From assembly GCA_964230645.1 (NCBI GenBank), contig CAXRHT010000003.1:128001-192000 (forward strand): a stretch of DNA of 64,000 bases, in the 5' to 3' direction. The DNA is from Bdellovibrionales bacterium (lineage in GTDB: Bacteria > Bdellovibrionota > Bdellovibrionia > Bdellovibrionales > JAGQZY01). Position numbers and translations under genes: made by a program. Positions 10,981 through 20,149 of this stretch are shown one piece after another (position 1 is the stretch's first letter; every line of letters starts with the position of its first letter). Under the pieces are notes generated by a model. It was not told the DNA's origin. It worked only from the letters and a program-made list of their open reading frames with translations, and did not search any database.

Positions 10981-13047
10981 TTATTCCAACGGAAGAATAT
11001 CCATTTGGATGACCGAGACAGAAGTATGGTCACTATAAATAAGGTCCGTCGCAAGGATTGTTTGATCCCCCCGACTTTCGGCAATGATGGAACTCAAACC
11101 TTCAGGAAATCCACCCATTATAAAACCAAAGGGTACCTCTTCTTCAGGGTGGTCGATCACTCGGCCCCCTTCATCGAAATAAATGATTTTATCAACAGGG
11201 CTTTCAATCATTGCCATACGATAGGGAAGACTTGAATTAACAAAACCAAAGATGAGTCCTGAGCGCACATCAAGGTCATTGCTTTTAGCAAGATCGAAAA
11301 GCTTATCATCTTGGAGGTAGGGGATTTTTTGTAAGTCTTTATTTTTGGAAATAAAAGTATGGGTCTCCAACGGTTCTGTATTAAGGTGCATGAGTCCAGG
11401 GTCTCCACCGTTATTCACAGAGATGAAAGAAGGGATTTCTGAGCTATCTAGGTTTAAAGTTTTCGCGCCATCAAAAAAACCAATTTCGACTTTCTCAATT
11501 CTTTGATCGGGCCGCAATGGATCGAAAAACTCCAGGTGTTTCTGTAATTGCCCGAGGTCAATATGGACAGGAGAAATTTTACCCTGTTCCACGACAACGA
11601 GCTTTTCATCAACAATCTCTCCCTTTTTTTCAATGAGAAGTTTGTAATCCCCATCCTGAAGCCCAACAAAAGCAAAAAGTCCGTTTGAGGTAGTTTTGGT
11701 GAGGTCAAGGGAGGCTAATCCGGACTGGAAATATATAGGCTTTTCGTTTTCCAAATAAACTCTAAATCCGGATCGAACGGGTAAGCCTGAGATTTCCCCA
11801 TAAATCATGCCCTGATCTTTCACATCGCGAACACCGAGGTCTTCGATGTACCCGAAAAATGAGTCGATATACTCTTTAGTGAAGAGGGCAATGGTTGCCA
11901 TTTTCTTCGAGTCCAGCATAAAGATTGAATCAATAAAACCCGGCTTTGAAGCGATAGCCAATGTTCGAGAGTTTGTTTTTTGCCAGTTATAAAAGCTAAA
12001 AGATCCATCTTCCTTTGATTCCGTGGCATCATTAAAAGCATAAAGCGCTACATTCGCTCCTTCTACGTATCGACGAACACCAGAACCTAGTGAGTCGCTA
12101 TGGACAATCTCTCCAGCCGTATCCCAATCGATGGGATGAACCTCGATAAGGGTCGAAATCTTTTCGTTTTCAAGAGGTAGATGGGTCAGGTTAAAAATGC
12201 CCTCCCCAATCAACTCGTCCTTGTTGTCGTAGAGTGAAATGATGATGTCACCAACGAGTTGGCTAACGTTAACCTCAAAAGTGCCATCAGGAACATTGAT
12301 GGAACCACGCTGAAGCTCATTGTCACCCACAACCCAACTGACCTCCATTGAACCAAGGAAAGCGAGACCTTCTTTAAGCTCAATTGGTCCTGTGATTTGA
12401 TAATTCTCGGGGACAACAACTTCTTTCTGGGCAAGGTTATTAATGTGAACTTGTTTGTTGCTATTGTTTTTCGACTTAGGCCCAAGGTTATTCTGTGGTT
12501 GCGGGTGCCCAATGGGTTGACTGACGTTACGATTGGTCGGAGGGGCGACAAGAGTGGCAAGGGCTCCAAACTTTAGTTCTTCGCTCTGGATTTTAGTCGT
12601 GTTTTGTTCGGAGGCCACTTTAAGTTGGGTCTTCTTTTTCTCCTTCAAGTTGGTGAGTCTTTTCTGAATGTCCCGAACCAAAAGTCCACCATCAAACTGA
12701 TCGAGAAGCTTGGGTTTGTTTGCTTCTTCCTTTGTTTTTGAAATTACATGAACAGGAGGGGCGGTGACTTGAACGGGCGCCATAATTTTTTGAAAATGTT
12801 GAGCACTTTGTCCCGCTTTTAATTTGGCGGCCTCTTTTTCTTCAAACAGGTAATCGTCCTCGAAGGCGGCAAAAGCAGGCGAGAAGTGGTCAAAGGGCAC
12901 ATTGTACACTTGGCTTTCAAAAACCTGATTCTGATCTTGTGAAACACGGGTGCTTAAAACCAGAATCGTTAGCAGGCCAAGAAATCCAAGAACCCCTGTT
13001 TGATATAGCGAATTTAATAATCTCTCAAATAATCCTAATCGAGTCAC
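10981..13047 (-). CDS. Large N-terminally anchored periplasmic/surface hypothetical protein, probably with beta-sandwich (carboxypeptidase-regulatory-like) repeats
   Basis: 688-aa ORF; one N-terminal hydrophobic segment, low-complexity linker, TTSNGLFAFVGLQDGDYKL-type beta motifs. Confidence 0.75.
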   Translation of the reverse strand: MTRLGLFERLLNSLYQTGVLGFLGLLTILVLSTRVSQDQNQVFESQVYNVPFDHFSPAFAAFEDDYLFEEKEAAKLKAGQSAQHFQKIMAPVQVTAPPVHVISKTKEEANKPKLLDQFDGGLLVRDIQKRLTNLKEKKKTQLKVASEQNTTKIQSEELKFGALATLVAPPTNRNVSQPIGHPQPQNNLGPKSKNNSNKQVHINNLAQKEVVVPENYQITGPIELKEGLAFLGSMEVSWVVGDNELQRGSINVPDGTFEVNVSQLVGDIIISLYDNKDELIGEGIFNLTHLPLENEKISTLIEVHPIDWDTAGEIVHSDSLGSGVRRYVEGANVALYAFNDATESKEDGSFSFYNWQKTNSRTLAIASKPGFIDSIFMLDSKKMATIALFTKEYIDSFFGYIEDLGVRDVKDQGMIYGEISGLPVRSGFRVYLENEKPIYFQSGLASLDLTKTTSNGLFAFVGLQDGDYKLLIEKKGEIVDEKLVVVEQGKISPVHIDLGQLQKHLEFFDPLRPDQRIEKVEIGFFDGAKTLNLDSSEIPSFISVNNGGDPGLMHLNTEPLETHTFISKNKDLQKIPYLQDDKLFDLAKSNDLDVRSGLIFGFVNSSLPYRMAMIESPVDKIIYFDEGGRVIDHPEEEVPFGFIMGGFPEGLSSIIAESRGDQTILATDLIYSDHTSVSVIQMDILPLE

Positions 13048-13113
13048 AACCGTTCCATGGTCAGAGTTTTATGATAAAGAAAACACTTCTCTTATCTATA
13101 TATACAATTTTAT

Positions 13114-13572
13114 TTAATAAGGACGGAAGTCGTCAATCACATCCCGTTCTTCAGGACGGGCGGCGAGGAAATCCTCTATTTCGCGAAGATACTTCTTTGC
13201 GAGATTCATGTCATAGCCTTTGAGCTCATAATCTCGACCACTTAGCTCCTCAACTCGGTAGGCAACAGCCACTTGGTAGGGTCGACGATCACCAAGAATG
13301 GTAACCTCAAGGCGGGCGCGCTCTTTTTGTTTGTATGCGGAAAGTTTTAAACTCTTTCCTGGACGATGCCATTCGGAGTAATAGGTTCGGCCATTGCGGC
13401 TCTTTCTTTTCACTCGACCTTTGAAGACGTAATACACAGCTTTGCGCACAGACTTTAAAGGGCGCAAAATTTCATCGGATTCCACGCCACTTCCAAGGGA
13501 AGAACACTGGGCAGTGGTTACCAAAATGAGTAACCACTTAACCAGTTTTGAGTATCCAGAATGACTACCCAA
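13114..13572 (-). CDS. Hypothetical basic lipoprotein
   Basis: Hydrophobic stretch ending in TAQ-C (lipobox-like); overlaps the tal stop. Confidence 0.7.
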   Translation of the reverse strand: MGSHSGYSKLVKWLLILVTTAQCSSLGSGVESDEILRPLKSVRKAVYYVFKGRVKRKSRNGRTYYSEWHRPGKSLKLSAYKQKERARLEVTILGDRRPYQVAVAYRVEELSGRDYELKGYDMNLAKKYLREIEDFLAARPEERDVIDDFRPY

Positions 13573-14206
13573 TGCTTTTAGCGTCCTGTAGGAACTTCTC
13601 GATCCCTTTGTCAGTTAAAGGATGCTTAGTCAGACCTTGCATAACTTTATAGGGAACCGTCACGATGTCAGCACCAATCATAGCTGACTCTAAGATATGC
13701 ATTGGGTGACGAACAGAGGCCACAAGAATCTCAGTTTGTAATTGATAGTTCTGAAAGATGGTTTGCATTTGTGAGATCAATTCCATTCCTGGAGTTGAAA
13801 TGTCATCAAGGCGTCCAACAAAAGGTGAAACCATGACAGCTCCGGCTTTTGCGACCATTAGAGCTTGTAGTGGAGAGAAGACTAAAGTCACGTTTGTAGG
13901 GATATTTTCGGCTTTGAGACGTCTAACAGCAATCAGGCCGTCCTCGCACATGGGAATTTTCACCACAACATTGTCGTGGATTTTAGCGAGTTCCATACCC
14001 TCTTTGTACATTCCATCAGCATCAAGGCTAATAACCTCAGCACTGATAGGACCATCCACCTCTTTACAAATATCTGTAATCACTTCAGTATTTGAACGTC
14101 CAGTCTTAGCAACGAGAGAAGGGTTGGTAGTCACTCCATCCACCCAGCCTCTTTTGTTGGCTTCTTTAATTTCTTCGATATCTGCTGAGTCGATAAAAAA
14201 CTTCAT
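13565..14206 (-). CDS. tal: Transaldolase (short TalC/Fsa-type)
   Basis: [19 protein letters not shown] (Schiff-base Lys). ISAEV Glu and SPFVGR Phe point to transaldolase rather than FSA. Confidence 0.92.
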   Translation of the reverse strand: MKFFIDSADIEEIKEANKRGWVDGVTTNPSLVAKTGRSNTEVITDICKEVDGPISAEVISLDADGMYKEGMELAKIHDNVVVKIPMCEDGLIAVRRLKAENIPTNVTLVFSPLQALMVAKAGAVMVSPFVGRLDDISTPGMELISQMQTIFQNYQLQTEILVASVRHPMHILESAMIGADIVTVPYKVMQGLTKHPLTDKGIEKFLQDAKSIG

Positions 14207-14265
14207 GCAAGTCTCCTTAACTTCTTTTTATTTAAGCCCTTTTATTCCAATAAAGGGATCAAAGT

Positions 14266-14946
14266 TCAACTTCTAATTGTTTTGAAAAAATCGTCCATTC
14301 CATAATATCCAGGAGGCTGACTAACAAGCCACTTTCCAACATCAATAGCCCCTTGTGCAAAAAGGCCTCGGTTTTTAGCCTCGTGCTTTATTTCAATAAC
14401 TTCGTCCCTAGAGTTTGCAAAAAAGCTATGAATTCCAAAGATTTCGCCCTCACGGTGGGCAATGGTTTGTTTAAGGTTTTGGGTGGATTTTCGTGCGGAG
14501 TCTTCAATTGTTAGAGCTGTACCGCTGGGTTTATCCTTTTTATGAACATGATGGGTTTCTTCGACATGATACTCGTAAAATTTATCATAGCTAGCCAGCC
14601 ACTCGGTGAGCTGACACATGAGATAAACACCAAAACTCATATTCGAGGCCCAGAAGACTGGGACCTTTTGTCCGAGTTCTTTGAGCTTTTTCTTCTGATC
14701 CTTGCTAAGACCTGTGGTTCCACAAACTAAGGGGACCTTTTGCTTTTCAACAAACTGACAAAGTTCGGTAAAACCTTCAGGAAGAGAGAAATCAATTACT
14801 AAGTGAGGGGACTCTTTGGGCTCCAAATTGGGTTGAGACCGACTGTGCCCACCTTGGAAACTAAAGATCTTGTCCTTTTCTAGTCGATTTTTGACCTCTT
14901 GGCCCATCCGGCCACTTAACCCAAAAACGAAAACATTTTTACTCAC
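14266..14946 (-). CDS. dapB: 4-hydroxy-tetrahydrodipicolinate reductase
   Basis: GLSGRMG, IDFSLP, GTTG, ETHHVHKKDKPSGTA, FAQGA. Confidence 0.95.
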   Translation of the reverse strand: MSKNVFVFGLSGRMGQEVKNRLEKDKIFSFQGGHSRSQPNLEPKESPHLVIDFSLPEGFTELCQFVEKQKVPLVCGTTGLSKDQKKKLKELGQKVPVFWASNMSFGVYLMCQLTEWLASYDKFYEYHVEETHHVHKKDKPSGTALTIEDSARKSTQNLKQTIAHREGEIFGIHSFFANSRDEVIEIKHEAKNRGLFAQGAIDVGKWLVSQPPGYYGMDDFFKTIRS

Positions 14947-15818
14947 AACAACTCCTCAAATCCGGAGAATGCGACATCCACTGTTTTCTTTACGTGATCT
15001 TCCATACTAATGAGAGGGAGTCTCGTCTCATCACTTTCGATTAATCCCTTTTTGTAGACTCCGTATTTGACCGGAATCGGATTGGCAGTGACATAAAGCC
15101 CATTGATCCACTTTTTGTTTGTTTCAAACTCTAATTTAACTGCGTCATCTTTTTCAATAGCTCTTTTGATCCATTCAACCATCTTGGCAGGAGCAATATG
15201 AGAGCAAACACTGATAATTCCGTGCCCTCCCGAGAAGCAAAACTCAATACTCGTACCATCATCACCACTAAGAAGGCAGAAATCGTCCGGTACAGCATTT
15301 TTGTATTGGTCAAAATGGCTGAGATCGCCATTGGCCTCTTTAATTCCGACAATGTTTTTATGTTTAGACAGTTCAATAATGGTGCTGGGTTCAAGCTGAG
15401 CAACCGTCCTTCCCGGCACGTTATAAAGAACGACCGGCTTTGGAACTTCATCGGCTACTTTTTTGAAATGAGCTAAGAGTCCCGGCTGGGGAGGTTTATT
15501 GTAGTACGGAACCACGACAAGGAGCCCATCGATAGGATATTCACAGGCTTTTTTACTCCACTCCACCGTCTTTTTGGTGTTGTTGGAGCCACTTCCAAAC
15601 AGAATGGGGACCTGTTTGTTGACCTTTTTACAAACAAAATCAAGGACTTCCAACTGTTCCTCGGGGGTCAAGGTGGCACTTTCACCGGTGGTTCCGCAAA
15701 CGACGAAGCCTTGGATACCTTGTTCTAATTGATGATTAATGAGTTTTTCCAAAGACGGATAATCCACTTCTTGGTTTTTGAAAGGGGTGAGAAGGGCTGT
15801 AAAAACACCTTTAAACAT
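14943..15818 (-). CDS. dapA: 4-hydroxy-tetrahydrodipicolinate synthase
   Basis: CGTTGES, PYYNKP, LYNVPGRT, GIKEA, SGDD, NPIPVK. Confidence 0.96.
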   Translation of the reverse strand: MFKGVFTALLTPFKNQEVDYPSLEKLINHQLEQGIQGFVVCGTTGESATLTPEEQLEVLDFVCKKVNKQVPILFGSGSNNTKKTVEWSKKACEYPIDGLLVVVPYYNKPPQPGLLAHFKKVADEVPKPVVLYNVPGRTVAQLEPSTIIELSKHKNIVGIKEANGDLSHFDQYKNAVPDDFCLLSGDDGTSIEFCFSGGHGIISVCSHIAPAKMVEWIKRAIEKDDAVKLEFETNKKWINGLYVTANPIPVKYGVYKKGLIESDETRLPLISMEDHVKKTVDVAFSGFEELL

Positions 15819-16605
15819 TAAATCTCCTTAGTTGAAATTCTCCAGTATAAACAAGTTCGGCGGGACCTAATAAAGACACTTCTTTATCGTTGATTTCGAC
15901 TTGAAGCTCTCCTCCGGGGGCCACCAAATCATAAAACTGTTCTTCTTTTAAAGACTGCAGCACAAGGCTACTGGCAATGACTCCGGTACCGCAAGCCAAA
16001 GTAAAATCACAAACGCCTCTTTCAAATGTCTTTGTCTTGTTTGTCCCATTAGATTGATCCAGTAATGTTACATTGGTTTTGTGAGGAGCGAACTCAGGAT
16101 GATCTTGTAACTTCTGGCAGACTTCCTTTGAAATCTTGTCGCCTTTATTGAGCAGTACAAAATGAGGGACGCCAGTATTCACAAAAAATCCATCCCAGGC
16201 ATTACCGTCAATATTTAAAGTCTTTTCTTCCAGATCTGCGGATTGGAGTTGCCAGGTGACCTTAGCAGACTCTTCAAGAGCTTCACCAACGAGCGTTCCG
16301 CAGAGAGCTTCCATTGTCGCTGTTTTGACATTGTGAATCTTGTGAATAAATTGGAAAGCACAGCGAGCCGCGTTTCCACACATTTCAGCACTTGAACCAT
16401 CACTATTAAAGAAATGCCATTTGAATTCTTTATCGAGCAGGGAGATCGTTTCAACAACGACTAGGCCGTCAGCCCCTATCCCAAAATGACGATCACACAT
16501 TTCGCGACTGAGTTCAGAGAGGTCCATCGAGCGAAAAGGAGGTTGAAACTCAAGAAAAACAAAGTCATTTCCAGCTCCCACATATTTATGAAAGGGAATG
16601 CTCAT
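15811..16605 (-). CDS. dapF: Diaminopimelate epimerase
   Basis: KYVGAGNDF, GIGADG, AEMCGNAARC, TGVPH, FERG..TLACGTG. Confidence 0.96.
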   Translation of the reverse strand: MSIPFHKYVGAGNDFVFLEFQPPFRSMDLSELSREMCDRHFGIGADGLVVVETISLLDKEFKWHFFNSDGSSAEMCGNAARCAFQFIHKIHNVKTATMEALCGTLVGEALEESAKVTWQLQSADLEEKTLNIDGNAWDGFFVNTGVPHFVLLNKGDKISKEVCQKLQDHPEFAPHKTNVTLLDQSNGTNKTKTFERGVCDFTLACGTGVIASSLVLQSLKEEQFYDLVAPGGELQVEINDKEVSLLGPAELVYTGEFQLRRFNV

Positions 16606-16781
16606 TTTTTTTCCTTTTGTTCTTCATCCTCTTTGAGGTCTTTGTTGAGCTCAGCATCAACACCCTTATATTGGGGCTTACCGATACCCATTTCTCTTGG
16701 TTTTTCAGGGGGGACAGGTTTTCCCTTCACTCCACAGGAGCCCAGACTTAAAAAACAAAGAAAAAGGCAAAGATTTTTCAT
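16602..16781 (-). CDS. Small lipoprotein, LptM/YifL (LppL)-like; below the ORF-track length cutoff
   Basis: Manual translation, 59 aa: MKNLCLFLCFLSLGS-CGVKGKPVPPEKPREMGIGKPQYKGVDAELNKDLKEDEEQKEKK. Lipobox followed by CGxKG-P motif; ATGA overlap with the dapF start. Confidence 0.8.
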   Translation of the reverse strand: MKNLCLFLCFLSLGSCGVKGKPVPPEKPREMGIGKPQYKGVDAELNKDLKEDEEQKEKK

Positions 16782-16953
16782 GTCCCATACCTACAGCGAC
16801 TGTCCTTAAAATTCAACTATTTGCAGGAATAATGCCGCTCTTTTCCCCTATCAAAGAGATATCAAGCTGGACTTCTAAAATCTGTAATCTGTTTGCGATG
16901 GCCATTTTGCAGGTGGCAATTAATTGTAGTGATGGTGAGATCGAAGAAAGAAA

Positions 16954-19275
16954 CTAAGCTCTTTCTTCGTAGGAGTTCACGAGAACTTGGCGGGGTTTAG
17001 AGCCATTCGCCGGTCCGATGACACCCTCTCGTTCCATAGTCTCGATGAGACGGGCCGCGCGAGGATATCCGATTCGGAATTTTCTTTGAATTAGTGAAGC
17101 GCTCACCTCTTTCATTGAAGACGTCCAAGCCACAATTTCGTCGTACTTATCGTCATATTCCTCTTGGTCTTCGTCGAATCCGGCGGCTCCAACACTTCCG
17201 GAGGAGGTGCTCGTCATTTTGATCGCGGTTTCATTGTATTCAGGCTCTCCTTGGGCGGACCAGTAATCCATTACAGACCCAATTTCATCCTCGGTCACCC
17301 ATGGACCATGATGACGGATTGGTTTTGCCACGCCAGGAGCTAAAAAGAGCATGTCTCCACGGGCAAGCAATCGCTCACCACCGGATTCATCAAGAATGAT
17401 TCGAGAGTCCATTTTACTGGCCACTTTAAAACTGATTCGACCCGGAATGTTCGTCTTAATAAGTCCGGTGACGACATCTTTACGGGGAGATTGCATGGCT
17501 AAAATGAGATGAATTCCACTGGCTCGAGCCATCTGGGCAAGGCGAACAACAAGCTGTTCCACATTGGCCTTATCAACAGCCATGAGATCACCAAATTCTT
17601 CAACGACAACGACGATATAGGGTTGAGGTGTAAAATAATAACTTTCGTTGTGACGGTTTTGCTGTTCAAGCTCCTCATTGAAGGCCTGGTGTTGAGCCAC
17701 CTTTTCTTTATCGAAATCGCCCACTTTGGAATTAAAGGCTTCGAGTCCACGGCTACCAAATTTTGACATCGATCGATATCTTTTCTCCATTTCTTTAACA
17801 GCCCACTTCAACGCGCCCACAGCCTTTTTAGGTTCGCAAATAGTAGGCATTAAAAGGTGAGGAATATCATTAAATGTGGAGAGGTCCACCTGCTTTGGAT
17901 CGATGAGGATAAGACGAAGTGTTTTAGGAGAATGACGAAAAAGGAGCCCCGTTAATGAACATACAACAAAAACCGACTTCCCCGAGCCTGTTGTTCCAGC
18001 CACAAGCAAGTGGGGCATTTTTCTTAGATCGACAACTTTTGGAGTTCCATTGGCTTCACGTCCCAGGGCCATTGGAAGTTTTACGTCATCAGACCAAAAA
18101 TCGTCATTGGCGATAATGTCTTTTAGATAAACGGTCTCTCTTTTAGCGTTAGATGTTTCAATTCCAACGACATCACGACCAGGAATCGGAGCGATGATTC
18201 TAACGGACTCACTACTGAGTGCTAATGAAAGGTCATCGGCCAGCTCAGTAATTTTACTAATTTTCACGTGTGCCTCAGGTTTGAATTCAAACATAGTTAC
18301 AGCCGGGCCTGGTTTGGCTCCCTTAACTTCACCTTTTACCGAAAATTGCGAAAGCTTATCAACGAGAATGAGAGATTTTTTCTGAACCTCGGCTTGGTCC
18401 ACTCGATACCTCGAAGCCGGTGGATCTTCGAGCATTTTTATTTCAGGAAGTTTCCAATTGGCGATTTTTCTTTGAACCACCTTTTTCATTTTAACTCGGC
18501 GTTTTTTGGGAGCTCTGTGAGTTTCTTCCGTTTCTTCTTCGACCTCAATGTCCTCTTCATAATTATACTCGGGAGTCGGCTCTTCGTTGAAGGGAGCGGG
18601 GTCATTATTAAATATGGTGGGTATCTGCGTTGAACGAACTCTAGAAATGGTTTTTCGACTCGTGCCACCAACAAAATCGAGACACTTGCGAAGAGCTGAT
18701 AAAAAGAACTCCTGTAGCTTAACGAATAGAACCTTTCCAAAGAAATGGCTACGATTGATGCCTTGTAAAAGATCCCAGTCCGTTACAGACAGCACACAGA
18801 TGACGATAAATCCACTCAGAAATAAAGTGGCGCCGTATTGATTGAGGCCTTTAGTGAGGAGAAGAGATAAAAAGGAACCAATGGTTCCTCCCACACTCAC
18901 CATACCTTGATGGAAACGCACTTGGTTAAAATATATTTCTGCTAAAGTGGCGGAACTAATTAAAAGAAAGATAAGCCAAATCTGTTTTTTTATCTTTTGG
19001 CCTTCGGATTTTTTCTGTAAAACCTTATAGCTCATAATAAAAAGAAAGATGACGAAAACCCAAGAGCTCATGCCGAAAAATTGGTACAGAAAATCAGAGG
19101 AAAAACTCCCAAAATAGCCACACCAATTTTTAGGTCCGCTTTGTGTGCCAAGAGAGTTCCAAGAGGGGTCATTGGGATTGTAACTATAAAGAGATAAGCC
19201 CAGGGCAAGACTTAAGAACAGCCATATAATGGAGACAATATCATTTCGAAGATCAGAGAAGCGTTTAAGATTCAT
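16954..19275 (-). CDS. ftsK: DNA translocase FtsK
   Basis: N-terminal multi-TM domain, RIIAPIPGR, AGTTGSGKS Walker A, IDPK, gamma domain SASLIQRKFRIGYPRAARLIE. Confidence 0.96.
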   Translation of the reverse strand: MNLKRFSDLRNDIVSIIWLFLSLALGLSLYSYNPNDPSWNSLGTQSGPKNWCGYFGSFSSDFLYQFFGMSSWVFVIFLFIMSYKVLQKKSEGQKIKKQIWLIFLLISSATLAEIYFNQVRFHQGMVSVGGTIGSFLSLLLTKGLNQYGATLFLSGFIVICVLSVTDWDLLQGINRSHFFGKVLFVKLQEFFLSALRKCLDFVGGTSRKTISRVRSTQIPTIFNNDPAPFNEEPTPEYNYEEDIEVEEETEETHRAPKKRRVKMKKVVQRKIANWKLPEIKMLEDPPASRYRVDQAEVQKKSLILVDKLSQFSVKGEVKGAKPGPAVTMFEFKPEAHVKISKITELADDLSLALSSESVRIIAPIPGRDVVGIETSNAKRETVYLKDIIANDDFWSDDVKLPMALGREANGTPKVVDLRKMPHLLVAGTTGSGKSVFVVCSLTGLLFRHSPKTLRLILIDPKQVDLSTFNDIPHLLMPTICEPKKAVGALKWAVKEMEKRYRSMSKFGSRGLEAFNSKVGDFDKEKVAQHQAFNEELEQQNRHNESYYFTPQPYIVVVVEEFGDLMAVDKANVEQLVVRLAQMARASGIHLILAMQSPRKDVVTGLIKTNIPGRISFKVASKMDSRIILDESGGERLLARGDMLFLAPGVAKPIRHHGPWVTEDEIGSVMDYWSAQGEPEYNETAIKMTSTSSGSVGAAGFDEDQEEYDDKYDEIVAWTSSMKEVSASLIQRKFRIGYPRAARLIETMEREGVIGPANGSKPRQVLVNSYEERA

Positions 19276-19615
19276 AGTTTAAGTTTAAGTCTTTTTTTTG
19301 ATAAATGCAGTAATGGGTAGGAAGAATGGGGCCTTTCACTGCACTCTAGTCCAGTGAAACAATAACTTTTATCTGCACGGGCTTCGGTTTTTTCTGAATA
19401 AATTGAAGCGTTCTTTAGTAAAAAAACAAACCTTAAAATGTCGGATAGCGTTTTCGAATTTAATGAATCCTGTTTTTGGATTGAGAACTAATTAAGAAAG
19501 ATCAAGATTTTTTTGAACCTAAATTTGTAAAAATAAAAAAAAGTCTTTCATGACAAATGCAGAATCATCCATTAAGTTGCATCCAGTAAAAGCGATCGAA
19601 TCAATGGTGGCTTTG

Positions 19616-19636
19616 TTTTCCACAGATTTGTCAACA
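19616..19636 (+). promoter_or_regulatory. Putative DnaA boxes upstream of fis-dnaB
   Basis: TTTTCCACA (19616-19624, fits TTWTNCACA) followed by TTGTCAACA (19628-19636, two mismatches). Confidence 0.4.
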
Positions 19637-19751
19637 TCGAAAAAGGGAAAATTAAGGCAAGATTTTTTTTTTTCATGTTGCGGAGAACAAAGTTTGCATT
19701 TCTGATTTTGTCGGAATATTTAAATCATCCGCTTGTAATATTGGGAGTGTC

Positions 19752-20051
19752 ATGGAAAATTTTGAAACTCAACGTGATCATCTGTACGTTACAAATCTTC
19801 AATCAACGAGCTTGGAGCACCTAGTTAAGAGCAAGCTGTCTTTGTTGTTTGAACAACAAAAACAAGCTGACGTCGAGCTGAATGGTCTTCACAAACTCAT
19901 CATTGAACAAGTGGAGAAGCCATTGATTGAGCTTTCTCTACGTCAGTATAACGGCAATCAAGTCAAGGCTGCCAAATTGCTTGGTATCAACAGAAATACC
20001 TTGAAAAAGAAAATCGACACATACAAAATCGAAATTAAGAAGCACCACTAG
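19752..20051 (+). CDS. fis: Fis-family DNA-binding protein
   Basis: 99 aa; VEKPLI...GNQVKAAKLLGINRNTLKKK Fis HTH; GGGAG RBS. Confidence 0.85.
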   Translation: MENFETQRDHLYVTNLQSTSLEHLVKSKLSLLFEQQKQADVELNGLHKLIIEQVEKPLIELSLRQYNGNQVKAAKLLGINRNTLKKKIDTYKIEIKKHH

Positions 20052-20149
20052 CACAAAGTCATCAGCGAGCTCATCTTAGGTCCTCATCATGAAAAGGCTC
20101 GCTCTCTTGTGAACCGGTACGGTCATTCGTTCGAAATTGGGGACTTCCT

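Noticed and set aside
19276..19751. Possible oriC
   Set aside because: Only one consensus DnaA box, and no dnaA/dnaN/gidA neighbours. Kept as a regulatory region only; the same applies to the 40.2-kb box pair.
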